A DNA stretch of 64,000 nucleotides from Cirrosporium novae-zelandiae (taxonomy: Eukaryota). A program made the position numbers and the translations under genes. Location of the stretch: the NCBI GenBank assembly GCA_026023565.1, contig JAPETS010000019.1, positions 310,001 through 374,000 of the forward strand. Direction: 5' to 3'. The notes under the pieces were generated by a model. The model was not told where the DNA came from. It searched no databases and was given only the letters and a program-made list of their open reading frames with translations. Numbering within the stretch: the stretch's first letter is position 1; each line of letters opens with the position of its first letter. Shown here one piece after another: positions 25,065 through 37,774 of the stretch.

Positions 25065-27450
25065 ATGGCTAACTTTCAAGCTGTCTACGGTCCTGACTCA
25101 GGCATCAAGGGCAATCTTTTTGAAAGTAAAGTCTTCTGGCTTTCTTACAATGTTCCATCGCGAAAGTATTACAAAGATATTATCAAGGTGCGGGAATCCA
25201 TGTCACATAATAGATCCCTGCAGCTAATCCCCACTGATTAGGTCAATGGAGGAGAAACGGTGGAACTGGAGCATGATGCGGATATCAAGATTGTGGATCA
25301 TTTGAAGGGAGTCTCTGGGTCTGACACGTTTGTACCAATTACTTCTATTGGATTTAGTCCAAGATTAAAAGAATGTACTCACTCTTCTGCAGATATTCTT
25401 ACAAGTATATCGAGGATTCATACAACCGTAAAACATTACAAAACATAGATGAATATGCCATCCCCTCTAAATCTAACACTCGTAACCCTGTCGCACCCAC
25501 ACAAAAAACCTCGAGGACCACCCGGACTCCTTTCACGGCCGCCGATGATGAAATTCTCCTGAATTGGGTGAAGGCTCATGGCACTAGAAATAATGCTAGA
25601 GGAAACATTATATTTCAAACTCTGGCTGATCAGGTATTTCATGTTGCTCGAGAGATTAAACACACGGAACTTGGGCTGAATATTAAAGTATCCAAGGCAT
25701 ACATATCAATCATGGAGGGATAGATATGTCAAAAGGTTTGCCGATAAAGACATTTCTAGTCTGCCAGTAAACAACCAGCCAAACACTCCTTCTCTCGAGA
25801 ACGATGGTGACATAGGCAATGTTCCTTCACCTGTTCCGAGATCCACTCGGAGGACAATTAATGTAGAGCAGAAAACCCCAGAGTTTTCCGTCAAGGACTT
25901 TCAAGAATTATTGAAGATGGCTCATGATATTTTGAATGTGAACCCCGCAGACGCAGATAAAGCCTGGGGAACTTTCGCTAACGACGTGAGCATTCTCTAC
26001 GCTTTTTGAAATGCTATATCTAGATAAGACTGAATATAGCTCTCACTTCCAAAAGCTAAAATGTTGGTAGTGGCCCAATCATACGGCAGAAGAATGGAGG
26101 ACGTATTTTGAAAAAGAAGTCCTACCAATCTATGAACAAGTTATTAAATCGTCAAAAAAAGCCGCGGAAGAGGCCGACAACGACGATGAGGAAGATGATG
26201 ATACTCTTCAGCAGGAATCAAAGCGACATAAAAACCAGGAGATCTCCAACTCAGGCCACTCATCTAGGAAAATAAGATCACGTCAATCTTCCATCACAGA
26301 TAAGAAATTAGGGAGGCTTGAAGAACAAGCGGAGATTCTTAAAGTACCACTACCGAAAATGAAATCATCGAAACTAAACGTGGGCAAACATTCGAGACGA
26401 GGAAAGAGTCCAGAATTTATACCGGCTGAACCCACCCTGCCAGTCAGGTCATCCTCAAAAAGGCCACGCGATTTGGGGTCCAAGCATAAAAGCAAGAAAA
26501 TTCCTGTATCTCCGGACCTTGGAAGTTCAGGGGGGGACAGTTCACTTTTCATACCCAATAGCGAGAGCTATGGCGAAGACAATGATGATGCATCACCGAC
26601 ACCAGAAGTGAAAAGGTTAAAGGTTGAGCCTCCGCCGAAGGGTAATCAGAAATTTTCTCAACCACCGAAAGTTGTTCTCAGTCCTGAAGATAGATCAGAT
26701 GAAGGTTTGGTCACCCCAAGTCATCGCAATACCATGAAGAGGCAATTGGAAATACCAGCAACGCCTTCCCCTCAACATAAAAGGCAACCTGAAAAGAAGA
26801 AAACATCAATAAATAAGTACTATCCATTTAGGAATGATCCTGAGGATGGTTCTGAAGATGAATCACCCCAAGATTCTGAAACTCACGAGATATCGCCGCC
26901 ACAGTTTAAACCGCCACGGGGCATAGAACTTGAAGGTTCAAATAAAAGCAGATCTCTAGAACATCCACGTCCAGCTAAAAGAGCCCAAGACACGCAAGAT
27001 ATGTTCGACGAGCCAACACAGCTGCCAGATTTGAACCTTCCGGAACCACCAGGAGGCTGGGAATTACCACCCCCTCCTTCCGATAACAACCAATTCTCCA
27101 ATGATCAAGACGAAATGGGCATGGAAAGCTCCCAAGAAACCGCAAAATTTGAGGAATGGATGAGTGCACACCTCTCTGCCGGCCACCAGCAGGATGAGAT
27201 CGTTTATGCACTCGAGCGCACCACCATGCAAACGGGCTATGCTGACCTGGTTCTCGAATACCAGGGATGTGGAAAGGGTTTACCAATGAACATACCAGGT
27301 ATATGGACGGAAGAGGATGACATGCTCTTGCACAGCAAGAATGCTCATGCTATCGAAGAAATGTATGACAAGCACGGAAAAGAAGCCACCGACCAGAGGA
27401 TGGAATTTTTGGGGAATTTGGCTGCCGTGCAAGACGGTGCGGTGTGCTGA
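25065..27450 (+). CDS. RAP1: Telomeric protein Rap1 (BRCT-Myb-RCT), multi-exon
   Basis: BRCT-like start (LFESKVFWLSYNVPSR...NGG...SYKYIEDS), Myb domain (RTPFTAADDEILLNWV...GNIIFQTL...YPRHTYQSWRDRYVK) and RCT C-terminus (ALERTTM...PMNIPGIWTEEDD...KHG...RMEFL). Confidence 0.88.
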
Positions 27451-27773
27451 TAAGCTATGCAACAATGCACTTAACATCTAGGTAACATAAATAGCATTTC
27501 GTCTCGGTGGGCAGGACTCCTGAAGTAGGTAGGTCTTGTCGGTGGGAAAATCGATATTGATTATGTCTCCTTGATATATTGTACCATACTGTGTATATAC
27601 TATTAGAGCAATAATTTGGATTCTCAGATTAATCAATTGATTATCCTCTTCATTTCTTATTTCCCATTTCTATCCTATATCTATCTTTAGCTATTCACTC
27701 TTCCACTATACACTCGCTACACTTATATACTCCTACGTGTACACACACTGGCTTGCGATAACATATTTCTTCC

Positions 27774-27832
27774 ACATATAACCACAGGCTCAAGAGAATT
27801 GGATATCCCGTCCACTCTACCATATACAAACT
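27774..27832 (+). pseudogene. 5' half of a 5S rRNA gene, RIP-mutated
   Basis: ACATATAACCACAGGCTCAAGAGAATTGGATATCCCGTCCACTCTACCATATACAAACT resembles the ascomycete 5S start ACATACGACCA...CATCCCGTCCGCTCTGCCATAC with transition changes; homologous to the copy at 29134. Confidence 0.7.
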
Positions 27833-29133
27833 AACTTAATTACGATTGCGAGATTCCTCATTTGATGCCATCTCATCCTGCATCTGATCTGGTTTCTTAC
27901 CCTCGCCGCCTAAGCGGCCTTTTTTAATCGTGCGATAACGGCAAACCGAAGGGGAAGGGGGAAGGGGAGGGGATGGGGTAGAATAACAAGAGAGCAACGT
28001 GCGACTTTTGTATCTACTACAGGAAGTCACTTCAGAGCTATCATTACTACTCGCGCTTTAGATACGAATCAACTATTCCTCTATGGTTATTACTATTTGT
28101 CAACTTAATATAATCATTTCCACCACAGCTGCCTAATATTTCGTGTTGTCTCCCTCACAAAGACCTTAGACCGACGACCACAACACAGAGGAGGATAGAT
28201 GGTTAATCTAGTCAAGTCAGTCCGAAACGAAACGCTGAAAAAAAAAAAGATATTTTTTAAAATCCCCATTTGTTATAGTCTAATAACATCTTTATCTTAT
28301 CTCCACTCCACATACCCAAGGTATTTGTGGTAGAGTCAGGCGTCATGTGACCCTACTTACCCTACTTGCCTAATTATTCAACAACAAAGGGGGCTTGCCA
28401 CCTATAGTACCTGGGTGCTTAAGCTCTACTAGGCTTCCTGTAATTATCGGAAGACCCAAGGATAGTAGATATAACCTTAATTAAATGTTTTTTTCTTATA
28501 ATAAAACGACGTCGAGGGAGTTTCTATGTAATTAGGACAGTTTATTTCCTCATGAATTTCACAGAGGAATTTTCTATTAAACTCTCTGCCTTTATCCTAT
28601 ATTCTGTGTTTTTTTTTTTTTTATATAATTAGGACCTTCCTTATCACTTTAATTATATTGAACATGGAAATCTGCTTTTACTAGTGTGAAAGAGTTGCCG
28701 GTTTTTGGCTGCCTGGGGCATCAAATGACGAGTTAACCTCTATTTGATAGGCCCTCTGGTAGGCAAGACAGACAAACAGTACTCCGGAACCCCGGGCTTG
28801 TTATTTTCCTAATTGAGACTAATCCTAGACATAGGGTAATTAAATACTGCCTATAATTATAGATAGGTAGCTTACGCCTAGATAGACTTAGAAAATCAAT
28901 CCACTTTTCATTTTGCGATCCTAATAATCCAAGTTCATTTACATATTTGTTTGCTTGTTTGTTTGTTTGGTTTAAGAGCTGTGTGTTTGTTCATTTATCC
29001 AGTTCTTGTATAGGACAGGATTTCTATTATTGCCTCAGGCCTCTTTATCCTATACCCGCAGCCCTATCTAGATGCTCAAACCCATAATTCTTTCACAATA
29101 TATACCTCATCAAATCCCCCCTATATCCCTTCC

Positions 29134-29276
29134 ACATACTGTACGACCACAAGCTCAAGAGAACTAGGCATCCCCGTCCGTTCTGCCATAAATCATACAT
29201 AAATTTGAAGACCGGCCGGTTAGTATTGTAGTAGTTGGGTTTGGTGACGACTAGGGAATTACCGGCTATTGTATGT
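29134..29276 (+). pseudogene. Degenerate full-length 5S rRNA copy with small internal duplications, followed by oligo-T
   Basis: ACATAC..GACCAC...CATCCCCGTCCGTTCTGCCATA...ACCGGCCGGTTAGTA..GTAGTTGGGT..GGTGACGACTAGGGAATTACCGGCTATTGTATGT then a T-run. The ends pair (ACATAC/GTATGT); 143 nt versus about 120 for a normal 5S. Confidence 0.82.
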
Positions 29277-29350
29277 TTTTTTTTATTTTTTTATTTTTTT
29301 GTTCCCAAGAAAAAAAAGGGGGGGGGGCGAGGGTTAGATTTTGTTAATTA

Positions 29351-29495
29351 CAGTGTTGTCGATAGACTGGACCAAATAATTAGACGGTTCAACCATGGAC
29401 GGTCTAATGATAGACCTTAGACCGACCAGAATAAGCTGTTTGATGGACTGACTAATTGGATCAAGGGGGGTCGGTCTGGTCTATCGACAACACTA
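29351..29495. mobile_element. MITE with 17-bp terminal inverted repeats, flanked by TA
   Basis: TA|CAGTGTTGTCGATAGAC...GTCTATCGACAACACTA|TA (last base G-to-A); interior rich in GACC/GGTC motifs; no coding capacity. Confidence 0.8.
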
Positions 29496-29602
29496 TAGAG
29501 ACCCCCTAAGCTGAGCTTTACTCAGCAATCAACCACAGTACCATCAACCAGTTATACCCTATCCAAGGCGTTGTAACAAAGATTTCATTATGACACAAAG
29601 AG

Positions 29603-31794
29603 TTAAAATTCCACATAACCATCTTTATGCTCTATAGGAGGAGGAGGAGGAGGCTCGAGCCTCCGTTGTGTTGTTGTTGCTGAAAGGATCGTATTATTTA
29701 TCCTCTCCGCTCGTAGCAACTGCATCATAATTTCCCGCTGTTGGTCCTGTGGTGGTGGTGATTCGAGCGAATAATCCGAAGAAGAGGAAGAAGCGTCAAC
29801 GACACCAACGAAAATCTCGTCATCCGGGGAGACGGATTCGCGAATGACGGTGCTGATGTCCGGGCTGGACATGCAAAGCTTAATAACCGCTCTGCCGTTG
29901 TTGTTGGCGTTGGCTCCCCCTTCTTCGCTTGCGAGTCCGCAGAGCATGTTGGAGACGTAGCGGAGTTCGTCTTGATGTTCGGTTTGTTGCTCCAACAGGT
30001 TGACCGTATCGATCACGCAAAAGAGGGTGGTGGGAGTCCCAGTTAGGCTTCGGACAAGAGTACCAAAGAGCTCACAGAGGGTCTGGAGGTCTTGTTCTGA
30101 AATGCTAGATAAGTCACTTCGAGTCAAAACAGAGCAGAGACCGAATTGGCGCGCGGCGAGAAGCTGGGCGATGAGGCTGCGTAGCATTCCCCGCAGACCA
30201 ACGGATCTGTGCCTTTCACAGAAGTATTGGAGGTAAATAACATGGTCGATGCCACTTAGTCCGAGGTGCATGGAGGTGACGAGGAGGGAGAACGGCGAGA
30301 CTTTGGAGCAGATCTTGCTATGTATAAGAAGAGCTTTGGATTCGCTTGATTGAAACCATTTTCTAAATCGGGGATTGCTTAGGACTTGTTGGACGACACG
30401 TTGGTTGGGAAGGTCAATGGCTTGAGCTATGTCCTGATAGAATTGGCTGTCGACTACGACCTCGTTGAGATCAATTCCTATTGATTGCATCAGCTCGGCT
30501 TGAGATATGGGCGCTTCAGCAACCTGATTTGGCGTTCGTGCGCGATAGTTCTCTATAACTCGGGCTTGAGCATCTTTCGTCTGTTAGGATAGGTTCCCCT
30601 AGAGGAAGGAGCAAAATCCCTCCACTTACCAATGATTGTTCTGTACATCTGGTTCCCTAGTTAAAGTCAAATAGCTGTTTTTGAAGGTCTATAGGCCTAG
30701 GATCAATAACTGCTACCCACATTGTGACTGCTGGACAAGAAGTCGAAGATCTTGAGAAAAAGAATTCAACACATTCTCCATTCCGTTCGGGCCAGTAAGG
30801 GCTGATTGAATTATCCCCACCCCCTCGCTCATTTCCGTGACAAGGCCACGTTGGATCATATTAACTCGGGATTTCAAAATTCGCGAGAGATCCTGGACAG
30901 CAGCGAACCTCTCTCTGAGATGTTTGCCATACTGGCCTTGCTGGAGTAACGCCTTGAACTTCGGTCCTAGAACGTGTCAGCAAGAGAAACCGGTCAATGT
31001 TCCAAGACATACTGATGGCGCTTTCCCTCAGCCATGTGATGCTGCCTTCGATTGCAAATACCAAGGCGGCGTAGAAATCCGTGGCCGTCTCATTCAATCT
31101 TGCATCCTTGGGATGAAGTTGTCGAAATTCGTACGTTACACATAGCGTTTCTGGAACACAAGAAAGTTCATTTAAAATGGTCTCTCGGAGGTCGCTTTTA
31201 GCTTTCACTGCCTATGGTTGGATTAGCTAAAGGCTTTTAGTGGCAGCAATGTGTGAAGAACACGGACTCCGAGTATTAACTTAAGTCCTCCGCAAACGAA
31301 AGATGTGTACTCATTGTTTGGGAGCAGGCCCATCCATGGATCAACTGCTCCGTCGACGGTAACATCGCCCAAGTTTCTCATTCCCCTGGTAAATATGCCC
31401 CTCCATCCCTGTGCTCTAGAATTGTAGTCCTTTATTGCCCATGCGGCTTCGTTCAACACATCATTCCACGTGTGGCCTGCTTCGATTTTGAAGTCCTGTA
31501 GTTCTTTGTTGGTACCATATTCACGTAGCGTTGATAGGTATTTGCGGATCTCATCGTAACAACTCGAAGTCCTGTTTCGTGCGTTTTTTACTGACCTTTT
31601 TGTGTCAAAGAAAAGAATTCCATTTCTAGCGCAAAAGGCTCAATTTAAACTTACTTGGAAGAAGGTTCATTAAGCACAACCACTTTATCGTTCAACGGGT
31701 TTATGATCATTTCGTTCATGCTGTCTGTTAACAGTGCATTGGGATGGGTCACATAGTCTTGGATTACTTTTTCAATCGCTGGTCGTATTGCCAT
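29603..31794 (-). CDS. Truncated NACHT/STAND-like protein with N-terminal helical domain and degenerate P-loop (about 636 aa; exons 31794-31655, 31595-31268, 31211-31013, 30966-30721, 30656-30630, 30573-29603)
   Basis: Spliced frame is stop-free (1911 nt). N-terminal HTWNDV...LLPNNEYTSFVCGGLKLIL helical domain; NACHT-like NPRFRKWFQSSESKALLIH, YLQYFCERH, MLRSLIAQLL, LCELFGTLV, LFCVIDTVNLLE and IKLCMSSP, but no GxxGxGK[ST]. Confidence 0.8.
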
Positions 31795-32597
31795 TTTTCG
31801 CACTCGTAGATCAAAGTTTCTGAAATGCACAAAGGAGACCACAGGAGATACGCTCTGTGAATTTGATGCGCTGTAGATACTATAACCGAGGTTCTAAGAG
31901 TCAAGACCTGCCGTAGGATCGAGAGGGCATCGGTATCAAAGCTAATGTAACTGTCCGAAAATAAAGGCAGCTGAGGATAGCCTCACAGAAGAACACTGAT
32001 ACCAGTGTGGCCAATCACTAGCGCTCTTGGGAATCGAACCCAGCCTAGTATTTATGGCATCCGACACCCACAACTGCAAAATACTAGGGTGCGAGTATTT
32101 AGGAGAGATGGTGGGGTCATGCATAAGACCCATGTAAGATTCGGGTACTCTGAGAATATCAGCGCTCGCACCCACATTTTCATATGAAGGTCCAGAAAAC
32201 TTGATTTCTAACTATAAATTACTCGCAGCTAGAATTGAGTTGCTCTTATAACTGGTTGCTTTTTTGCATCGCCCCAACTATATTGTTAGCTGAGTATTTT
32301 CAATGATTAAAAATTCATTTAAAAGAGTCCGGAAAGGCTGCAGCCTGACGAAATTGCATCACCGTCGTGGTATTGTAGGCTTACTGGGATTCGCTTTCGG
32401 AGCTTGGCATCTCAATATCGTCACCGTAAATAGATAGAGGCTGAAATGTTGCAGATTCCTATTTCTTTTATAGGAAACCTGTCTCCGTAGTATTAATAAA
32501 GGTCGATTGTGTCAACTCGTAAAAATCATCAATTATCAATGTTCTTCAATAGATTTAAGTTTCTTCTTACCTGAATTGAATCCATTCGTCTCCTATA

Positions 32598-35500
32598 ATG
32601 GCCGATAGTAGCTTATCAAATGAGGTCAAGGAGGTTACTCCAACTCTGCTGCATCACAGCGCAGAGAAGAAAGAAGGGACGGCAACTTCTAAGCTGATTG
32701 TGGAGGTGGACGACGAGAGTTTGACAGCAGAGCACAATGCAGATGAAAGTGTTTTCCAGACCGAAAACCTCGATACTGCTGAACAAACACCCGGAGAGAG
32801 GCAGCAGCCTAGCAATGAGGAAGATGAGATCCAGTCCGATTCAGAAATCGACACTGATACAGAAATCGACACTGATACAGATGTAAAAACGCGGAGGAAA
32901 GCAGCAGCTGACAGACTGAAACAACATGGGCGATATTACGAACTCACGGAGAAAAGAATAAAGTACCTAGAAAAAACTTTGAGAAAATTGGAGCAACACA
33001 TTTTGAAGAAGGATATCCCTCCGCCTGTCGAGGCCAAACCAAAGTGGCCTGTACCTGCAACCCCTGAACTCAAGCTTATAACTTGGGCTCAGTACATTGA
33101 ATCGACATCGAGACCTGTAACTCCGGGGAAGTATTCTGCTATTGAGGTACTCACTGGAACTCCCAAGCGATGGAATGACCCAGAGCCTGCCGATGGAAGG
33201 CAAGGCGGTGGAACGAATTCCCGGGACGATGTTGCAAGCGAAAGCGCCCCGCAGATTTTCGAACTGACCCAGAAATCTCCACCGGGGCCACCACCAAAAC
33301 CTTCCTTGAAAGATTTGCCCGACCGCATTAGAATCAAATCCATCGCGATAATTGAGGTGTTGGAGGATATTGCGGGGAAATCACCTTTGGACGATCATGA
33401 CCCTTTGGTTATTCTACGGCCATTCAAGATTCTCGTTTACTTTGAAAAGGAGATCAAAGCAAAACTTAGAGATCTCACGTGGAAGTGGAATGTCGATAAA
33501 AGTCCTAAATCTGAGAATAATGTGAACACTAATCGTGGCAAGAAATATGCGTCAAATGACATTGCCGCAAATGAAACTGGATCCGAAGATAGCAGTACCG
33601 AAAGAAATTGGCTTGATAGCAGAGAGACGATGGAAGACATGCGTGTCCTGGTGGAGTTCATGGACAAGACTCTGAACACGGCTGTTAAAAAGTTCTCCTC
33701 TCCAGAGCTACGGCGAATAGCATTTCAGGATTTGTGGTATCTTTTCAAACCAGGAGATGAAGTATGGGTGGACAAAAACCCTCAAAAGGTTTGGAAAGTA
33801 CTCAATGCTACTGGCGGACGTCCGTATCTTAGACCTGACCATGGTAGCGACAAAAATGACGTCTGGAGAAAACGCCGCCAAATGTATGAGACTGGAGCAC
33901 CTTTCGTTATTGACTGTTACCACGTGAATTTCGATGGGAGGAGATTCGGTCCAGTCCAAGGGCAATTCAGAATATCAAAGTACGACGGAGAGAAGGATAT
34001 TGCCACCCTCGAAGTTCATCCACTGCGGTGCGCGCGTGAGACGAGAGAGCGCCTGTTGGAGAAGGGCCACCGGTTTTTGAAATGTACTAAAGTCGCCCAG
34101 TACTACTATGTGGGCCGATCTCTCGACCCAAGGCGTTACGCGAGAGATGATTACATGCGGCTAGAGGACATTGAAAGCGAAGTCATGATTGATTTTGACA
34201 GAGCCTTTCAAGAGAACCCCGCCTGGATTCCAAATTTGGGCTTGGTACCTACGTTCAAACAAAGCAGTAGGGAAACAGAAGAGGCGATAATATATGAATT
34301 CATCGAAAAGGACAATCATTGGGATCAACAATATGCGGACAAATTACTCAACGGGCAAGAAATACTCAAAAAGGAGATCCAGCAGCTTCATCTACGTGCA
34401 AACCAACTACACGACGTCGATATTCTATTGCTTCCTAATCATGCATTTGGGTTTGTTCTAAGAAGCCGGACCTGGGGTGAATGAAGAGCAGCCACCTTCA
34501 GCCTTGTTACACTAACATATCTTGTAGCCTGCTTCTCTACAGACGAGAAATTGCTTAGAAATATCACCCCCCAGAAGTCAGGTTATGATCAACTACATCT
34601 CCGACCAGGCCAGAAGGAACTAGTTCACGGTCTCGTCAAGTCTCACTTCCAACGCAAGGAAAGAACAATTAGTGGAAGAGAAAATAGTAGTTATGATATA
34701 ATTCGGGGGAAAGGTAAGCTTCCATTGAACATCGGTCCCCGTGGAAATGAACTTGCTAAGTTGAAATAGGTAAAGGGCTCATCATCCTCCTTCACGGTGC
34801 TCCGGGGGTAGGAAAAACTGCAACAGCTGGTAGGTAGAGTGTAACTCCTATACCTTTCATGGTACTCACATCAATTCGCAGAATGCATTGCGGAATATCA
34901 CGGCAAGCCTTTGTTTCCAATTACCTGTGGTGAGCTAGCAGCCATATCTACAAGTGCACCAAAGTCCATTAACAGTTCCTATAGGAGATCTTGGCACAAC
35001 GGCGGAAAGTGTCGAGAATACACTGAAGAAGAACTTCTCTATGGCACAGGCTTGGGATTGTATTCTTCTTCTTGATGAGGCGGATGTTTTTCTGGCTCAG
35101 CGCTCAAAGACAGATCTCGAGCGCAATGCACTTGTCTCAGGTGAGAATTTCCGGATGATACATACCGTCTGTCAGTGATTCAAAGTCGCTAATTTGCCCG
35201 TCCGATAGTGTTCCTCCGAGTTCTAGAGTATTATACAGGAGTCCTTTTCCTGACGACAAATCGAGTCGGAAGTCTGGATGAAGCGTTCAAGTCTCGTATC
35301 CATATGAGCTTACATTATAAGCAGCTGGATTTGAATCAGACATCGCGTATCTGGAAAACTAATTTAGAGAAAACGTTACAAAGAAAAGACAACCCACTTA
35401 AAGTACAACCAGACGAAATCACGCAATACGCAATGGAGCTGTGGGAGGAGAACCAACGTGAAGGGAGGTCTCACTGGAATGGGCGACAAATTCGAAACGC

Positions 35501-36290
35501 TTTCCATACTGCCGTCGCCCTAGCAGAGCACGAAGCTGACGAAGCAAGTGCCAATGGACAACCGAGGGGCCCCCCAACCCTAAAACCAGGTCACTTCACC
35601 AAAGTCGTCGAAGCAATCATGACTTTTGACGAATATCTTCAATCAGTACAAGGCTTCTCGGACGAAGAACTGGCGATCTGGAACACAAATAGGAATGATA
35701 AATTCCAGCGGAGTCATAGGACTGCACCAATCGGCACTTATTGGCACGAACAAACGCAAGAGCCCCATACTCGGTTTCATGCGGGTCTTCCATCTTTCCA
35801 GACACCCACCAAGACCCCGCCAACGCAACATACATCAAATTTCCAGAATTTCAATAGGACAGAGCAGCATGGAGCTCCATACCAACAGCCTGGCATGACG
35901 TCCTATCCAAATTACCAACAAGATTCACTGGGAACGCCAAGCCCACTTCCACATAGTCAACAAAGAAGTGTCAATAGTCCAGTGCCTTCAGTAGGATTTC
36001 CAGGAAACACGGCTTATCCATCGCCCCCAATAGCTAGCCACCACGCGAGGAATAGTGGCATGCCTTTCCCGACAAGAATGCTTAATGCGGATGCCAGCCA
36101 GAGCGGTTGGGATGTCCAGTCTTCTTCAACAGAACCAAAACCTCCAGCACAGGGGCAACCACATAGCTTGGCAACTAACATTGAGTATGATCATCTGCAA
36201 AATTCGTATGAAAGTATGCCCAACCAGCCAATGAGCAGGCATGGATTACCAAATCCAGCCTCAAATCCACCGAGCTACACCGGTGCGTAG
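32598..36290 (+). CDS. Fungal AAA+ ATPase with DUF7025-like N-terminal region (about 1136 aa; exons 32598-34476, 34528-34713, 34770-34829, 34882-34929, 34985-35140, 35209-36290)
   Basis: IAFQDLWYLFKPGDEV; GKGKGLIILLHGAPGVGKTATAE (Walker A); ILLLDEADVFL (Walker B); VFLRVLEYYTGVLFLTTNRVGSLDEAFKSRIH; WNGRQIRNAF lid; P/Q/S-rich tail. Spliced frame is intact (3411 nt). Confidence 0.93.
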
Positions 36291-36917
36291 GTAATGCAGA
36301 GTACTGTAGATTGGGATAAATTGTTATGATGACTTAAATAAGACACTAGATGGCTCAGATGTTAAGGGTATAATGTTGGAACGAATAAAATGACAAAACC
36401 GAAGATGAATTTTTTTCCTACACGGCGTTGCAAAGGCTACCTCGCTTGATTATAAGCGCCCCCGACCAGTTAAATAAATCCATTTTAATCTTAGTGCCAG
36501 TAATCAATACACCCTAGTACCTCCTTAAATCTTCACAATGTACAGCATAGTACTCTCACCAACATAAAAGTTGTTATATTTTTTAGCAAATCGACATTTT
36601 ATCAGCGCCACCGGTTAGTGGCTTTCCTCCACCTATTATCCCGAGGAGGAAAAAAAAAGAGAGATTTAAAAACGTCTTCAACCAGTATAATAATAAAAGG
36701 GGGGACCTCGGCCCAAAATTACACCGAAAATCCATAAAACTTTAAACTACACGACGAGAGATAACTTATAATGTATTAATTGTCAGAGAGATCATTTCCT
36801 AACTAATAGCGTATGTAAAGTAGGTAGGTAGCCCCGATACATAGACTATAGGCTCTTACTACTACTATATAATATAATATAAATATAATTATAATTGTAG
36901 AGCTCTCCGATTAATTA

Positions 36918-37040
36918 CAGTTTGAAAGGAAAAATAAACCAACCAAAAACCGACCGGACCAAAGGCCCTCCTACCCTCCTTACCCTCCTCCGTCTTGGTC
37001 GGTCTACGAAATGGAGAGGGAGGGGCTTGGTCTGGTCGGT
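36918..37040. mobile_element. GACC-rich MITE-like palindromic element
   Basis: ACCGACCGGACCAAAGGCCCTCC...GGGAGGGGCTTGGTCTGGTCGGT inverted arms; begins CAGTTTGAAAGGA, similar to the 39255 copy. Confidence 0.55.
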
Positions 37041-37447
37041 GTTCTATACTCGAGTAGACTCATCGGTTACATGCGGAAAAGAAAAAACGCCGAAAACATT
37101 TTCAAACCCTTATTTACCACACACCACACTTACACTTTGACTGTTGTGGTATTCAAAGCCCCACGTGGAAAGTGAAACAAATGGATGTTGCCTAGTCTAA
37201 GGGTAAGGGTAGCTGCAAAGTTGCCAGTTAGATTATTTGAAATGTTTAAATCCCGTAATTAGTCTCATGCATTGGATTTGTTTCAACCTGCCGCCACTGC
37301 CAACGTACTGTACATTAACCTTATTTTATCCTTTTATATAATCTAGATGATATCAAAAATAAAAGCCTAAAATTCTATCAATATACTAAGTATTATTATT
37401 ATATCCAATGGATATAGACTTCATTAGACATTTGGGTATTCACGGCC

Positions 37448-37525
37448 TTGGTTGGTCTAGTCCGGCCGGTCGGGGTTAGATCCTTCTAATTATTTGGATT
37501 TGGTCTGGTCTATTTCCTTTCCCTG
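37448..37525 (-). mobile_element. Terminus of GACC-rich MITE-like family
   Basis: Reverse complement reads CAGGGAAAGGAAATAGACCAGACCAAA. Confidence 0.5.
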
Positions 37526-37774
37526 GTTGATTATAGCTTTTGGTCGCTATTTCCTGAGCTGGGCCATGTAGGGCTACCCGCTAAGTAGGAAGGGTGAGTG
37601 TCATGTAAGGACTACGATACGTCTAATCTCCATTCACAGGCAAAATCAAGCATCAATTTCTTTTGCTGAATTATTGGGCCATTGGGGCAGTTATTTATTA
37701 TTTTTAACTCTGTCTAGGTAGCATAAGGTCATAGGCATAAAGGTCTTACTATTATCTAGCTACTCATACCAGCG

